Below are positions 19,042 through 28,881 of a DNA stretch of 64,000 bases, in pieces. Position 1 is the first letter of the stretch, and every line of letters starts with the position of its first letter. The stretch lies in IMG/VR virus record IMGVR_UViG_3300037225_001468, positions 32,001-96,000 of that record. One strand, written 5' to 3'. The notes beneath the pieces are model-generated. The model was not told the DNA's origin. It did no database searches and saw nothing but the letters and a program-made list of their open reading frames with translations. Both the position numbers and the translations under genes were made by a program. This DNA is from a virus.

Positions 19042-19375
19042 GATTTTAGATACTAAATATACTAAAAAATCTAATTTAGTAGAATGGTTAGTTGAGTTGG
19101 AAAATAAAGATCAATTGGTTTTAGCGTTACCTGGAGATGATATAGGGCCATCTATAGGTATTAAGGGACATATGACCACTGAACAAATAAAAGAGCTTTG
19201 TGAAAAAATAAAGGGTAAAGAAGTTAATTTGATTATAGAGGGAGATCAAAAAGAAATACCGAAACTTAAAGATATGACTAATGATCAAATTCAAAAACTC
19301 AGTGATGAAATGGATAAGTTTCCTTTTCATGAGGTTATCAGTGAGATCAATAAATCAGAGAAAGATGAAAAGTGA
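19016..19375 (+). CDS. hypothetical protein
   Basis: ORF with GGGAG SD and GTG start. Confidence 0.65.
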   Translation: MATKKQRVKILDTKYTKKSNLVEWLVELENKDQLVLALPGDDIGPSIGIKGHMTTEQIKELCEKIKGKEVNLIIEGDQKEIPKLKDMTNDQIQKLSDEMDKFPFHEVISEINKSEKDEK

Positions 19376-19680
19376 AAATCTATTTTTTTGGTAGCAATCA
19401 ATGTAAGAATTGTATTAAACAGTTGAGAAGTATAAAAAAAGAGCATATAATACTTCCAGTTAACGGATTGTTTTTGTATGTAGATGCTTTTGATATGGAT
19501 AACGAAAACATTTGTAATGAGCATAATATTGATGAAATACCTCATACTAAAGTTTATGATGATAATGAAGTATTAGTTTTTGATAAAATAGGATTATTTG
19601 ATCCAAAAAGACTTTGGGATAAAATATATCCTGACGAAAATAAAAGAAAAATCGCAATAGAAAAATCTAAAAGGATGTGA
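19372..19680 (+). CDS. thioredoxin/glutaredoxin-like protein
   Basis: FFGSNQCKNC (CxxC), IDEIPH cis-Pro motif. Confidence 0.7.
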   Translation: MKIYFFGSNQCKNCIKQLRSIKKEHIILPVNGLFLYVDAFDMDNENICNEHNIDEIPHTKVYDDNEVLVFDKIGLFDPKRLWDKIYPDENKRKIAIEKSKRM

Positions 19681-19685
19681 TATAA

Positions 19686-21605
19686 ATGGAAGAGTTAAAT
19701 GAACAACAAAAGATTGTCATAGAGCATCTTGATGGTCCTTGTTTGGTTATAGCATCTCCGGGAAGTGGAAAAACTAAGACTATAGTTGAAAGAACTATTA
19801 AACTTATAGAAAAAGGGATAAGTTCTCATAATATACTTTGTATAACTTTTACCAATAAAGCTGCGAAAGAGATGAAAGATAGAATATGTAAAAGATTAAG
19901 AATAACAAAAGCTGATTTTTTTATTGGAACATTTCATTCATTATGCGCGAATATAATAAGAACATATGGTAGTAAAATAGGTTATACAGATAAATTATCT
20001 ATAATGGATGAAAGTGACCAGGTTCATTTAATAGAAAAGATTATTAGACAAAAAGGCAAGAGTAAAAAAGATGATAATATTGATGTTGAAAAAATAATAA
20101 ATATATTAAATCATAGCAGAGAAAGATTGGAAACTGAAGAAGAGATTTTATCTAACTTTAAGGATGTGTTATTTGAAGAGATAGCAAAAGAATATCTTAA
20201 ACAAATTAAAGAAAATAATTTAATAGACTTTAGTGGATTATTGTATGAAGCTGTAAATTTGTTAAAAAATCATAATGATGTATTACAGAAATTACAATCT
20301 CTTTTCTTATACATACAGGTAGATGAAGTTCAGGATACAAATTATACTCAATTTGCTTTAGTAAATCTCTTGGAAGGAGAAAAGGCTAATATAATGATGG
20401 TGGGAGATCTGGATCAAAGTATCTATAAATTTCGTGGGGCAAGATATCAGAATATTTTAGATTTTCTAAAACTACATCCTAATTGTAAAAAGATAACACT
20501 TGGAAAAAATTATCGTTCAACTCCTCAGATAGTTGCTTGTGCAGACAAGCTAATAAAGCACAATAAATCTCATATGGCAGAGTTTTTTGAAACTGACAAT
20601 CCTGATGGAGAAGAGGTTTCTTGTAATAAACATTTTGATGCCACATATGAAGCTCAATCTGTTGCGAAAAAAATAAAGTATTATATAAACGAATTGGGAT
20701 GGGATTATTCTGATATCGCAATACTTTATAGGTTAAATAGGTTATCACTAGAGCTTCAATCTGCTTTTTCTGTTGAAGGTATTCCTTTCACGGTTATTGG
20801 AGGATTTAACTTCTTTGACAGAAAAGAAGTTAAAGACACTTTATCTATGTTAAAATTTGCTTCTAATGATAAAGATACTGTAGCATTTAGTAGAATAGCA
20901 GGTCTATTTAAGGGTATGGGAGATGTGAATATTGGCTCTATAGAAAATCTTTCAAAATCTAATGGTATTAGTTTATTAGATGTATGTAAGAGAATAGATG
21001 AGTTTTCTAATAAAGTGGCAGTAAAAAATGCTGCTAAAAAGATTTATGAAGCTTTTGGCATAGATTTTTCTTCTATGAATTCTGGTGATTGTATGGCTTA
21101 TTTGGTAAACAAGTTAGACTATCTAAACTATTTACAATTACATGAAAAGCAAGAAGGAGAGGCAATTGAGAGAACGGACAATGTTAACGAGTTAATAGTA
21201 AATGCTACAGAGTTCAGTAAAAAGAATAATAAAATTGAAGCATATTTACAGAATATCTCTTTAATTACAGCAAGTGATAAAGAGGGAAATGAAAACTCTG
21301 TATTACTAATGACAGGACACGCTTCAAAAGGTCTTGAATTTCCGATAGTATTTGTTGTTGGAATTGAACAGGGAATACTTCCTCATGATTGGCCTATTAT
21401 GGAAGCAGATACAAAAGAGAAAAAAGAGGAAGCACTTGAAGAAGAGAGAAGGATTTTATATGTCTCTCAAACGAGATGTAAAAAACACTTAAATCTATCG
21501 TATTGTCAAAACAGGAAGTTTAGAGGTAAAAACGGTGCTTTTATGTATAAAAAAGCTTTTCCAAGTCAGTTTCTTAAAGAATGTGGTTTTGAAATTAAGG
21601 AGTGA
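19686..21605 (+). CDS. uvrD: UvrD/PcrA superfamily 1 helicase
   Basis: LNEQQ, ASPGSGKT, TFTNKAAKEM, VDEVQDTN, VGDLDQSIYKFRGA, NYRS, HASKGLEF, EERRILYV. Confidence 0.95.
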   Translation: MEELNEQQKIVIEHLDGPCLVIASPGSGKTKTIVERTIKLIEKGISSHNILCITFTNKAAKEMKDRICKRLRITKADFFIGTFHSLCANIIRTYGSKIGYTDKLSIMDESDQVHLIEKIIRQKGKSKKDDNIDVEKIINILNHSRERLETEEEILSNFKDVLFEEIAKEYLKQIKENNLIDFSGLLYEAVNLLKNHNDVLQKLQSLFLYIQVDEVQDTNYTQFALVNLLEGEKANIMMVGDLDQSIYKFRGARYQNILDFLKLHPNCKKITLGKNYRSTPQIVACADKLIKHNKSHMAEFFETDNPDGEEVSCNKHFDATYEAQSVAKKIKYYINELGWDYSDIAILYRLNRLSLELQSAFSVEGIPFTVIGGFNFFDRKEVKDTLSMLKFASNDKDTVAFSRIAGLFKGMGDVNIGSIENLSKSNGISLLDVCKRIDEFSNKVAVKNAAKKIYEAFGIDFSSMNSGDCMAYLVNKLDYLNYLQLHEKQEGEAIERTDNVNELIVNATEFSKKNNKIEAYLQNISLITASDKEGNENSVLLMTGHASKGLEFPIVFVVGIEQGILPHDWPIMEADTKEKKEEALEEERRILYVSQTRCKKHLNLSYCQNRKFRGKNGAFMYKKAFPSQFLKECGFEIKE

Positions 21606-22021
21606 AGAAAATGGAAGAAAACAAACCTGATGATCAGAAAATCATGATGAAATATAAAGCTTTTATGCACTGTTTCCCAGCATTGATGAGTTTGCCAGGT
21701 GCTGAAAAAAAGTTTAAAACTATATGTTTGTATTTTCAAGATCAAGAAATAGAGGGTCCAGCTTATAGTGAGAGTTTTGCTATTACCAAAGACGATGCCT
21801 GGAAGTTGGTATTAGATGTTTTAAGGGGGTTATGTGATATGGGAGAGCCTTTGGCTGAAAAATTTATGAGTGATTATTTCAAAGAAAAACAAGAAGAAAG
21901 AAAAAAAAAGACTAACATTAAAAAGAAAAGAAAGAAAAAGAAAGATTTTCCAAAAAACGATCAGGGATATCCAGAGAACAATGAAACTGAAGATGGAGGA
22001 GAGGACATAAGAACGGATTAA
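21602..22021 (+). CDS. hypothetical protein with a poly-basic stretch
   Basis: ORF; KKKRKKKK near the C-terminus. Confidence 0.65.
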   Translation: MKKMEENKPDDQKIMMKYKAFMHCFPALMSLPGAEKKFKTICLYFQDQEIEGPAYSESFAITKDDAWKLVLDVLRGLCDMGEPLAEKFMSDYFKEKQEERKKKTNIKKKRKKKKDFPKNDQGYPENNETEDGGEDIRTD

Positions 22022-22026
22022 ATGTT

Positions 22027-22455
22027 ATGAATACGATAGAATGTCTTCATGTTTGTATTCCTTCTCCTAAAGATTATATAACTATATCTGAAAATAGTAA
22101 TAGAATAAATATAAATGAGATAGAAAAGATATCTATTGATATGGGAAGGAGAAATGTTGAACTTGTATTTTGGCTTTCTACAACTGTTGTGATGCTTATT
22201 CCGGTTTTTTATAAGGGAGCAATAGAGACAAGTCCAATAGAGTGTAATGTTTCTGGAAAATTCTATAATACAAAAACTAATACAATTATATCTTTTCCTT
22301 GCGAAATAATTTTGGTAGCTTATAATTCACAGAGACATGCGTATATGGTAAAATGTAAAATAGATATATCTCCTATCATTAAAGAAGTAAAACTTCAAGA
22401 TTTTAAAAATCTTAAAAAAGAAGATAGTCAGTTCAAATTTATCGAGGTTGAATAA
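22027..22455 (+). CDS. hypothetical protein
   Basis: ORF; ends QFKFIEVE. Confidence 0.6.
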   Translation: MNTIECLHVCIPSPKDYITISENSNRININEIEKISIDMGRRNVELVFWLSTTVVMLIPVFYKGAIETSPIECNVSGKFYNTKTNTIISFPCEIILVAYNSQRHAYMVKCKIDISPIIKEVKLQDFKNLKKEDSQFKFIEVE

Positions 22456-23204
22456 TGAGAATAAAAGACTTACAAGATAAATATAAAGGGAAGATGGGAT
22501 TTGTTGTAGGTTCTGGTCCATCTTTACACTTTCAGGATGTTTCAAAAATGATGAATTATCCTGTTATTTGTGTAAATTCATCTATATTAAAATTTGCGCA
22601 AAAAAATAAAGATTTGTATTTTTTGGCAGATGATTGGTCTGTGAAAACTTGGAGCTACTTTTATGAATTGTCAAACATAAATTGTATAAACTTATTGTAT
22701 AAAGAAAAATTAGAAAAATATTCAAAACATTTAGATGAAAACAAAATTATTTGGTTTAACCATAAAACTTGGTATAATGTAGAAAAGAGAGAATATCCTA
22801 AAGATGGGTTATTTCTAACTAAAGATGTTGAACTTCCAATAATAGGAGCGAGAACTGCTGTGGGGTCAGCAATTCATTTTGCATATATTATGGGATATGA
22901 TCCAATTGTTGTGACGGGAATAGACTGTTCGTATCGAGATGGTAAAAAATATTACTGGCAGTATAATAATGAACCACAAGTTTATTTAATGGAAAATAAA
23001 AATAGTAAAATTATTTGTAATAGTATAAATAATCAAGATGTTCATACTTTAGAGTTTATTAAATATTTTATTCAATTATCAGAACAAACTAAAAAGCAAA
23101 ATATAAATATTATAGATGTTTCTGGTGGTGTTTTGAAGTGCTTTAATAAGATGAAATATGATGAAGTTTTTGAAAGATATGGAGAAAAAAATGAAAAGTG
23201 TTAA
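22455..23204 (+). CDS. DUF115/MptE-like (Maf-related) putative nonulosonic acid transferase
   Basis: LQDKYKG..GFVVGSGPSL, ICVNS, AIHFAYIMGYDPIVVTGIDC. Confidence 0.7.
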   Translation: MRIKDLQDKYKGKMGFVVGSGPSLHFQDVSKMMNYPVICVNSSILKFAQKNKDLYFLADDWSVKTWSYFYELSNINCINLLYKEKLEKYSKHLDENKIIWFNHKTWYNVEKREYPKDGLFLTKDVELPIIGARTAVGSAIHFAYIMGYDPIVVTGIDCSYRDGKKYYWQYNNEPQVYLMENKNSKIICNSINNQDVHTLEFIKYFIQLSEQTKKQNINIIDVSGGVLKCFNKMKYDEVFERYGEKNEKC

Positions 23205-23574
23205 ATGTATTATTTGCGAAAAAGAATTAGAAAAAGATGTTACTCTTGGTGATGTAAAACCAACAGATATAATTGAACCTATTTATGATGGATTATCTTG
23301 TCGTTCTTATGGAAACTATGGAAGTCAAGTTTATGACCCTATGGCTGATGGACAATTTTTGTTATTTTATATTTGTGATGATTGTATGGTTAAAAAGGGA
23401 GATTTGGTGACATATGTTAGATATATTAAAAAATCTATAAATTTAGATGAAAAAACTTTTTCTCAAAAAATAAAAGAAGATCAAGAAAATGAGAAAAAAT
23501 ATAAAAAAAGTGATTTATCAAAAAAATTTGACGATATGAACAGGTCTTTAAGAAAAAATATATCAAGGAGATAA
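23191..23574 (+). CDS. hypothetical zinc-binding protein
   Basis: CIIC...GNYGSQVYD...ICDDC; GGAG SD before ATG 23191. Confidence 0.6.
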   Translation: MKSVKCIICEKELEKDVTLGDVKPTDIIEPIYDGLSCRSYGNYGSQVYDPMADGQFLLFYICDDCMVKKGDLVTYVRYIKKSINLDEKTFSQKIKEDQENEKKYKKSDLSKKFDDMNRSLRKNISRR

Positions 23575-23577
23575 GGG

Positions 23578-24312
23578 ATGCTCGATGGAAAAAAGATACT
23601 CGCAATCATTTTGGCTCGAAAAAATAGTGTCGGCCTTCCGGGTAAAAATTATAGAAAACTATGTGGTAAACCTCTTTTTATATGGTCGGTTATCGCTGCT
23701 ATAAATAGTAAATATGTAGATGCTGTTGTAGTGTCGAGTTGTTGCACTGTAGTTAAAAAGGATTTTTTTAATTATGTAAATAATTTGTATGGAAATAATA
23801 AAGTAATTGAGTTTATAGATAGAGATGAGAAGCTAAATGGTCCTCAAGTTAAAAATGAACCTGTGATGATAGATGCTTATGATAAAATGGTAAAGATAAA
23901 TAGTTTTTATGCTGATATTATTGTATCTTTACAGCCAACTTCTCCAGTTAGAACAAATAATTTAATAGATCAATGTTTGGAAAAATACAAGTTAGATAAA
24001 GCTGATAGTTTGGTGACGGTATCTAAAAATTATCCTTTTATATTTCATCAACACGATGAAAGGGCTACTTGTCCAAATATGTATTTCACAGACAGACCTA
24101 TGAGACAAGAAATTAGAGATTGGCAATTTGCTCTAATAGATAATGGTAATGTTTATATAACAAAGAAAGATATATTATTAAACCATAATAATAGGTTAGG
24201 AGGACGCATAACAACTTATGTGACAGATAAATATCAGAGTTTACAGATAGATGATCTTGAAGATTTTAATCTAATAGAAAAAATGGCTGAGATATATCAA
24301 GAAATTATTTAA
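23578..24312 (+). CDS. neuA: acylneuraminate (CMP-nonulosonate) cytidylyltransferase
   Basis: LAIILARKNSVGLPGKN, GKPL, LQPTSPVR, RQ, NGNVY, QIDDLEDF. Confidence 0.88.
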   Translation: MLDGKKILAIILARKNSVGLPGKNYRKLCGKPLFIWSVIAAINSKYVDAVVVSSCCTVVKKDFFNYVNNLYGNNKVIEFIDRDEKLNGPQVKNEPVMIDAYDKMVKINSFYADIIVSLQPTSPVRTNNLIDQCLEKYKLDKADSLVTVSKNYPFIFHQHDERATCPNMYFTDRPMRQEIRDWQFALIDNGNVYITKKDILLNHNNRLGGRITTYVTDKYQSLQIDDLEDFNLIEKMAEIYQEII

Positions 24313-24320
24313 TTATTTTT

Positions 24321-24809
24321 ATGCGCAATAAATATAAAACAGAAAGTGAAGAATTGTTTAACTACTTACAAGAAGTTTTGCCGGGGGACTGGAAGGTAAT
24401 AGAAAATAGTTCTAATAAAATAAGTAGCGTCTTAACTGAAGCGGGAGTGAATATTCCGCATAGTAAAATGGGAGGTAGTTATGCTATTTATTTTTATGAT
24501 TTTGCTTATTTTGTTTTAGGGAAATATGATAGATTTCAGGTTTTTATTGTAAGAGATAAAGAGAGAAGTGAAAACAAATATAAGTATAATCTTTTTATCT
24601 TATATTATGACGAATTAGATCCGATTTTTACTCATAAATCAAAAGACTATAAAGAATGTGTGGATTTTTTATTTGTATTTTCTATTAGGGCAAGAACATT
24701 TTTTGGTGAAATACTGAAAAATTCGCATAAAAAGGATATGAATGAAATAATAAACTCGCCAAATGAAAAAGCAGAAAGAAACTTTTCGTTTTTAGAGATT
24801 AAGGAATAA
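24321..24809 (+). CDS. hypothetical protein
   Basis: ORF; ends RNFSFLEIKE; 3' end overlaps the convergent neuB. Confidence 0.6.
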   Translation: MRNKYKTESEELFNYLQEVLPGDWKVIENSSNKISSVLTEAGVNIPHSKMGGSYAIYFYDFAYFVLGKYDRFQVFIVRDKERSENKYKYNLFILYYDELDPIFTHKSKDYKECVDFLFVFSIRARTFFGEILKNSHKKDMNEIINSPNEKAERNFSFLEIKE

Positions 24810-25644
24810 CTCTTAGTTTCTTTCTATTTTTTATTTCTCCTTCAGTTAAATCTATGTTTTTATATTGAAGTGCTTTGTGTGTTGCTTTTAGATCTCTTAC
24901 AAGTTTATACAAACCATCTCTTTCTAGAGAAGCACTGTGATCATTTCCTTTAGCCGTTCGATCTAATGTAAAGTGTCGTTCAAACCAAGAGCAGCCTAAA
25001 GTGTAAGCAGCTATATCGACTGCTATACCAAGATTATGTCCGCTAAAGCCTTTAGTAAAAGAATTAGGTATTTGTGATATTTCTAAAAGAAACAAATCTT
25101 CAAATTTAACAGGATAGTCTGATGTTGTCCAATATAAAACTATTCTTTTTCTAAAATCATAAAGAAAGCCATAAAGTTTATTTAACTCTTCTTTAGTTGA
25201 CATTCCTAATGAAATATGTATATCTCCATTATATTTATTTAATAGAGTTTTTATTAGATCGTAGTTGTTATTACAGGCAGAAGGAACTTTAATATAATCA
25301 GGATTTAATGAAATTATTTCTTCTGCTGAGGGTATATCCCAAACCGAACAAGAGTATTTTATTCCTATTTCATCACAATATTTTTTTAGTTCTTTATGAG
25401 TTTCTATATTAAACTCTAAAAACTTACGATGTTGAAGGTAGGTTTCGCCAAAAGAGTGCATTGGACAGGAGTGAGGCTGATTTTGAATTTCTTTTGGAAC
25501 ACAAATTTCAGGAACTCTTTTTTGAAACTTTACATAGTCGGCATTACATAATTTTGCCATTTTAATAAGTTCTTTTGCTGTTTCCGGATTGCCTTGATGA
25601 TTTGCGCATAGTTCAGCGATGGTTTTTGGACTTTTATATTCCAT
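24799..25644 (-). CDS. neuB: N-acetylneuraminate/KDN(-9-P) synthase family, no SAF domain (ATG 25644 preferred over 25683)
   Basis: IAELCANHQG, ADYVKFQKR, IKVPS, SLGMS, YP, GFSGH, ERHFTLDR, DHSASL. Confidence 0.9.
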   Translation of the reverse strand: MEYKSPKTIAELCANHQGNPETAKELIKMAKLCNADYVKFQKRVPEICVPKEIQNQPHSCPMHSFGETYLQHRKFLEFNIETHKELKKYCDEIGIKYSCSVWDIPSAEEIISLNPDYIKVPSACNNNYDLIKTLLNKYNGDIHISLGMSTKEELNKLYGFLYDFRKRIVLYWTTSDYPVKFEDLFLLEISQIPNSFTKGFSGHNLGIAVDIAAYTLGCSWFERHFTLDRTAKGNDHSASLERDGLYKLVRDLKATHKALQYKNIDLTEGEIKNRKKLRVIP

Positions 25645-25825
25645 TTTTTTGCTTTCTGAAAAATTGAGGATATAATATTTCATCGGCAGAAAAGTGGCGA
25701 AAAGGTAAATAGAATATGTGGAGCAGTAAGATTTTGTTCTAATGGATTACCATCATTGGTAAAATGTATGTTTGAAAACCTTTTAGACGCACATAGAATG
25801 GCAGAAAAAGATTATGAAAAAAATA

Positions 25826-25853
25826 TAAAGGTAGGTAATATTAAAGTCGATAA
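25826..25853 (+). promoter_or_regulatory. putative sigma28-like promoter
   Basis: TAAA-N16-GTCGATAA upstream of ORF 25913; may instead lie in a small unannotated ORF. Confidence 0.35.
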
Positions 25854-25912
25854 AAACTTTTATAACTCGTTAATAGTAAAAGATAGCATATACATGTGAA
25901 TAGGAGAAAAAT

Positions 25913-26650
25913 ATGGAAATAATATATGATAATGCTGATGATGCTCACTATGTCTACTTTGATAATATATCGGTATATGTGATATATCATCCTAAAATAG
26001 ATAATAAACAGATTGATAAATGGGTGGTATATAGGGAGCAATACGATGCTGGTCATTTAGTCTATAATAAAAATAAACAAGTAAAGTTAATTGTTTCAAT
26101 GTGGGGCGATGAGTTTTGGGAAACATTACCACTTAATATACAATATTTCTTTAATACAATAAAAGAAGCAACAAATATAGCAAGTAGAGATTATTGTGAA
26201 AATATAGAAACTGGAATATACAAAAATAAACAAGATTATTATGTTCCTTTTGCGCAAAAAATAAAAGATGAAAAAATTCATAAAATATTAGATATGATGA
26301 AGTATTTAGATATGACTAGTGTAGAGATGGGTGCTAAAAAAGAATGGTTTCCCAGAAATGCGGTAGCAGATGATGCGAACTTGTGTCTTGGTGTGTGTTT
26401 CAATACAACATGTCCAAAAAAAATACATTTAACGTGTTATTATGTGACATGGGATAAGACGAGTAAATCTTATCATGACAAACTAGAAAGTATATCATTA
26501 TTTAATATAACAGAAGACATTAAGGATGGCATAATAGATCATCTAAAAGAAAAATGTATAAAATTCGCACAAAAGAAAGCATTAGAGAAAATAACGAAAG
26601 AAGAACTTAATAACAATAATCTCTCATATTGCCTTAAGGAACAAAAATGA
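25913..26650 (+). CDS. hypothetical protein
   Basis: AGGAG SD, long ORF. Confidence 0.7.
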   Translation: MEIIYDNADDAHYVYFDNISVYVIYHPKIDNKQIDKWVVYREQYDAGHLVYNKNKQVKLIVSMWGDEFWETLPLNIQYFFNTIKEATNIASRDYCENIETGIYKNKQDYYVPFAQKIKDEKIHKILDMMKYLDMTSVEMGAKKEWFPRNAVADDANLCLGVCFNTTCPKKIHLTCYYVTWDKTSKSYHDKLESISLFNITEDIKDGIIDHLKEKCIKFAQKKALEKITKEELNNNNLSYCLKEQK

Positions 26651-27162
26651 TAAAAGTTTTGATAGTTGATGTAGATGGCGTATTGAGCGATGGAAAGTAT
26701 TATATCTCATCGTCCGGCGAAGTGATGAAGTCTTTTTACACAAGAGATTTTGATGCTTTAAGAAGGATACAAGAACTTGGGGTTATTGTTGTTATTTTAA
26801 GCCAAGCTAAAGATGATTGTATGTGGCAAAAGTTTTGGCAACTTAATTTAGAGAGTAAAAAGAAAATGTATGTTTTTAGTGAGGTAAAAAATAAATTAGA
26901 AAAAGTTGAAAATATTCTTGAAAATTGGGACCTAAAATGGGAGAATGTTGCGTATGTTGGTGATGCCGAAAACGATTTAGAATGTATGAAAAAAGCATTT
27001 TTGTCATTTTGTCCTAATGATGCTATAGAGAAAGTTAAAGAGGAAGCTAATTTAATATCTAATAAAGATGGTGGGTGTGGTGTAGTGTATGATATATTTT
27101 GTAGAACATGCGATGAGAATTATGGTGCCTTTTGTGATTATGGAGATATGACAAATGATTAA
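26647..27162 (+). CDS. kdsC: KdsC/YrbI-family HAD phosphatase (KDO8P/KDN9P/Neu5Ac9P type)
   Basis: VDVDGVLSDG, KSFYTRD, AYVGDAEND, GGCG. Confidence 0.85.
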   Translation: MIKVLIVDVDGVLSDGKYYISSSGEVMKSFYTRDFDALRRIQELGVIVVILSQAKDDCMWQKFWQLNLESKKKMYVFSEVKNKLEKVENILENWDLKWENVAYVGDAENDLECMKKAFLSFCPNDAIEKVKEEANLISNKDGGCGVVYDIFCRTCDENYGAFCDYGDMTND

Positions 27163-27673
27163 ATTGAGAGATTGGCAGAAGGTTGTTCTTGATGAAATAG
27201 ATAAACATGATGAAATAGTTGATTCTGAACTTTATTCTTCTATGTCTGATTTAGAAATAAATAATAGAACAAGTATAAAGGTTAAGTTTCCTAAAGGTGC
27301 AGGTCATACTTTTTTAACAGCATATTTAGCAAGTCAAAAATATAATACTTTATTTATTTATTCTGATACAGATCATCTAAAAGAAATTCAACACTATAAA
27401 GAAGACATTCGTTCTAGCAGAAGTAAGGAAGAGATGAGTTCTGCTATTAAAGAGGTTGTAAATGATGGTTTATCTTTGTATGAAATATATTATGCTGTAA
27501 ATCATGCTAATATGGTTAATCCCACAGAGAAACCAATAGTCACATTAGCTTCTGTGAAGGCGAAAATATCAGGAAAAGATATCATTGTAATTGATAAGAC
27601 TTCTTCGTTGCCTACTATTGTAGAAAGTTTTATTTTCAATGTAGCAACAGGAACTATTGTTCTTTTAGGTTAA
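27155..27673 (+). CDS. degenerate P-loop protein (helicase/terminase ATPase-like)
   Basis: LRDWQ Q-motif, PKGAGHT, IIVID. Confidence 0.45.
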   Translation: MIKLRDWQKVVLDEIDKHDEIVDSELYSSMSDLEINNRTSIKVKFPKGAGHTFLTAYLASQKYNTLFIYSDTDHLKEIQHYKEDIRSSRSKEEMSSAIKEVVNDGLSLYEIYYAVNHANMVNPTEKPIVTLASVKAKISGKDIIVIDKTSSLPTIVESFIFNVATGTIVLLG

Positions 27674-27687
27674 ATAGAGAAACAAAA

Positions 27688-27936
27688 ATGACTAATGATG
27701 AATTTGAAAAAGATTGGAGAAGTTATTCTATTGAATGTGATGATGGAGTAATAATTTGTTTGAAGGATAAGATGATGATTTGTTGGGGAACTGTTGAGGA
27801 CGGATTATTTTTTGATACTGGAGGAGAACAGGGGAGTCCCGCCTACCTCCTTAAAGTTGAAGGTAATGATCTTTTTCAAAAAGATAATGATGAAAAATGG
27901 GAAAAACTTGGCAAACTAGTGAAAACCAGCATATAA
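27688..27936 (+). CDS. hypothetical protein
   Basis: ORF with GAGA SD. Confidence 0.6.
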   Translation: MTNDEFEKDWRSYSIECDDGVIICLKDKMMICWGTVEDGLFFDTGGEQGSPAYLLKVEGNDLFQKDNDEKWEKLGKLVKTSI

Positions 27937-27940
27937 TATA

Positions 27941-27991
27941 CAAAATGCTATTTAAGGAAAGAGAGGTGGCAAATTTCAGAATTCACCGTTG
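27941..27991 (+). repeat. copy 1 of a 51-bp imperfect direct repeat flanking the LAGLIDADG gene
   Basis: caaaatgctatttaaggaaagagaggtggcaaatttcagaattcaccgttg; 44/51 identical to 28867-28917 by manual alignment. Confidence 0.9.
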
Positions 27992-28033
27992 GTCGCGCGA
28001 AATATTTAATGATTTAGTAAATAAAAGAAGGAC

Positions 28034-28062
28034 TTGTCATGTAGTTGAAGTATAAGTAGAAT
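28034..28062 (+). promoter_or_regulatory. putative sigma70 promoter for the homing endonuclease (possibly leaderless at ATG 28069)
   Basis: TTGTCA-N17-TAGAAT. Confidence 0.4.
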
Positions 28063-28881
28063 ATGAATATGAAAAAGTTTAATAAAAGTAAAAAGTGGCT
28101 AGAAAAAGAATATTGTATTAAAAGAAATAAACTTGAGGATATCGCTGAAAAAATAGGAGTAGATAGAACAACTATTTTTAATTGGACAAAAACATTTGGT
28201 CTTAAAAGACAAAAAATAGTTCCAGAAGTGGCAAATAGTAGAAAATATTCTGTAAATGAAGAATACTTTAATAAAATAGATACTGAAGAAAAAGCTTATT
28301 GGTTAGGATTTATTGCGGCAGATGGATGTGTTCAGTGTAGAAAAAGTAAAACTCTTCTTTCTGTAGAATTAGCAAAAAAGGATGAAGATCACTTGATAAA
28401 ACTAAAAAACGCTATAGAATATACCGGTCCTCTTCATCAGAGAAAGGCAAAAAACGGCAAGGGATCAAGCTGTTGCTTACAGGTATCAAGTATGAAAATG
28501 GTTCCTGATTTAATGAGACACGGAATAGTTGAAAGAAAATCTAAAATCTTACAACCTCCCTTTATGATAAATAAAGAGTTTTATAGACATTGGATTAGGG
28601 GATTTTTTGATGGAGATGGGTCCATAAGTTTATGTAAAGATGGTAGAATTAAAGGTGAATTCTTTTCAGGGTCAAAAAATATTATTGAGTTTATAGTTAA
28701 AGAATTTTTCCCGTTAAATATTTTTTTGACATTAGATATTTATACGTCAAAAAATTGTCTTGGATTTCATAAAAGTTTTTCTGGAAAATATAGAATAAAT
28801 CAACTACATAAGACAATGTATGATAATGCAACTGTTTATTTAGATAGAAAAAAGAAAATATTTGAACAAAATGTTATTTAA
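28063..28881 (+). CDS. free-standing LAGLIDADG homing endonuclease with N-terminal HTH
   Basis: LEDIAEKIGVDRTTI (HTH), AYWLGFIAADGC, WIRGFFDGDGSI, YLDRKK. Confidence 0.92.
   Translation: MNMKKFNKSKKWLEKEYCIKRNKLEDIAEKIGVDRTTIFNWTKTFGLKRQKIVPEVANSRKYSVNEEYFNKIDTEEKAYWLGFIAADGCVQCRKSKTLLSVELAKKDEDHLIKLKNAIEYTGPLHQRKAKNGKGSSCCLQVSSMKMVPDLMRHGIVERKSKILQPPFMINKEFYRHWIRGFFDGDGSISLCKDGRIKGEFFSGSKNIIEFIVKEFFPLNIFLTLDIYTSKNCLGFHKSFSGKYRINQLHKTMYDNATVYLDRKKKIFEQNVI

Noticed and set aside
21890-21945. Poly-lysine/arginine run resembling a nuclear localisation signal
   Set aside because: SD-led operons indicate a prokaryotic system, and A-rich DNA readily yields Lys runs
25690-25900. Possible small + strand ORF (…MFENLLDAHRMAEKDY…) between neuB and ORF 25913
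   Set aside because: Under 60 aa from a plausible start, no clear SD or motif; it cannot be supported, though it weakens the promoter call at 25826
27992-28880. Group I intron housing the LAGLIDADG ORF
   Set aside because: Only about 70 nt of non-coding sequence on the 5' side and none on the 3' side, too little for a ribozyme core; the downstream gene has its own start
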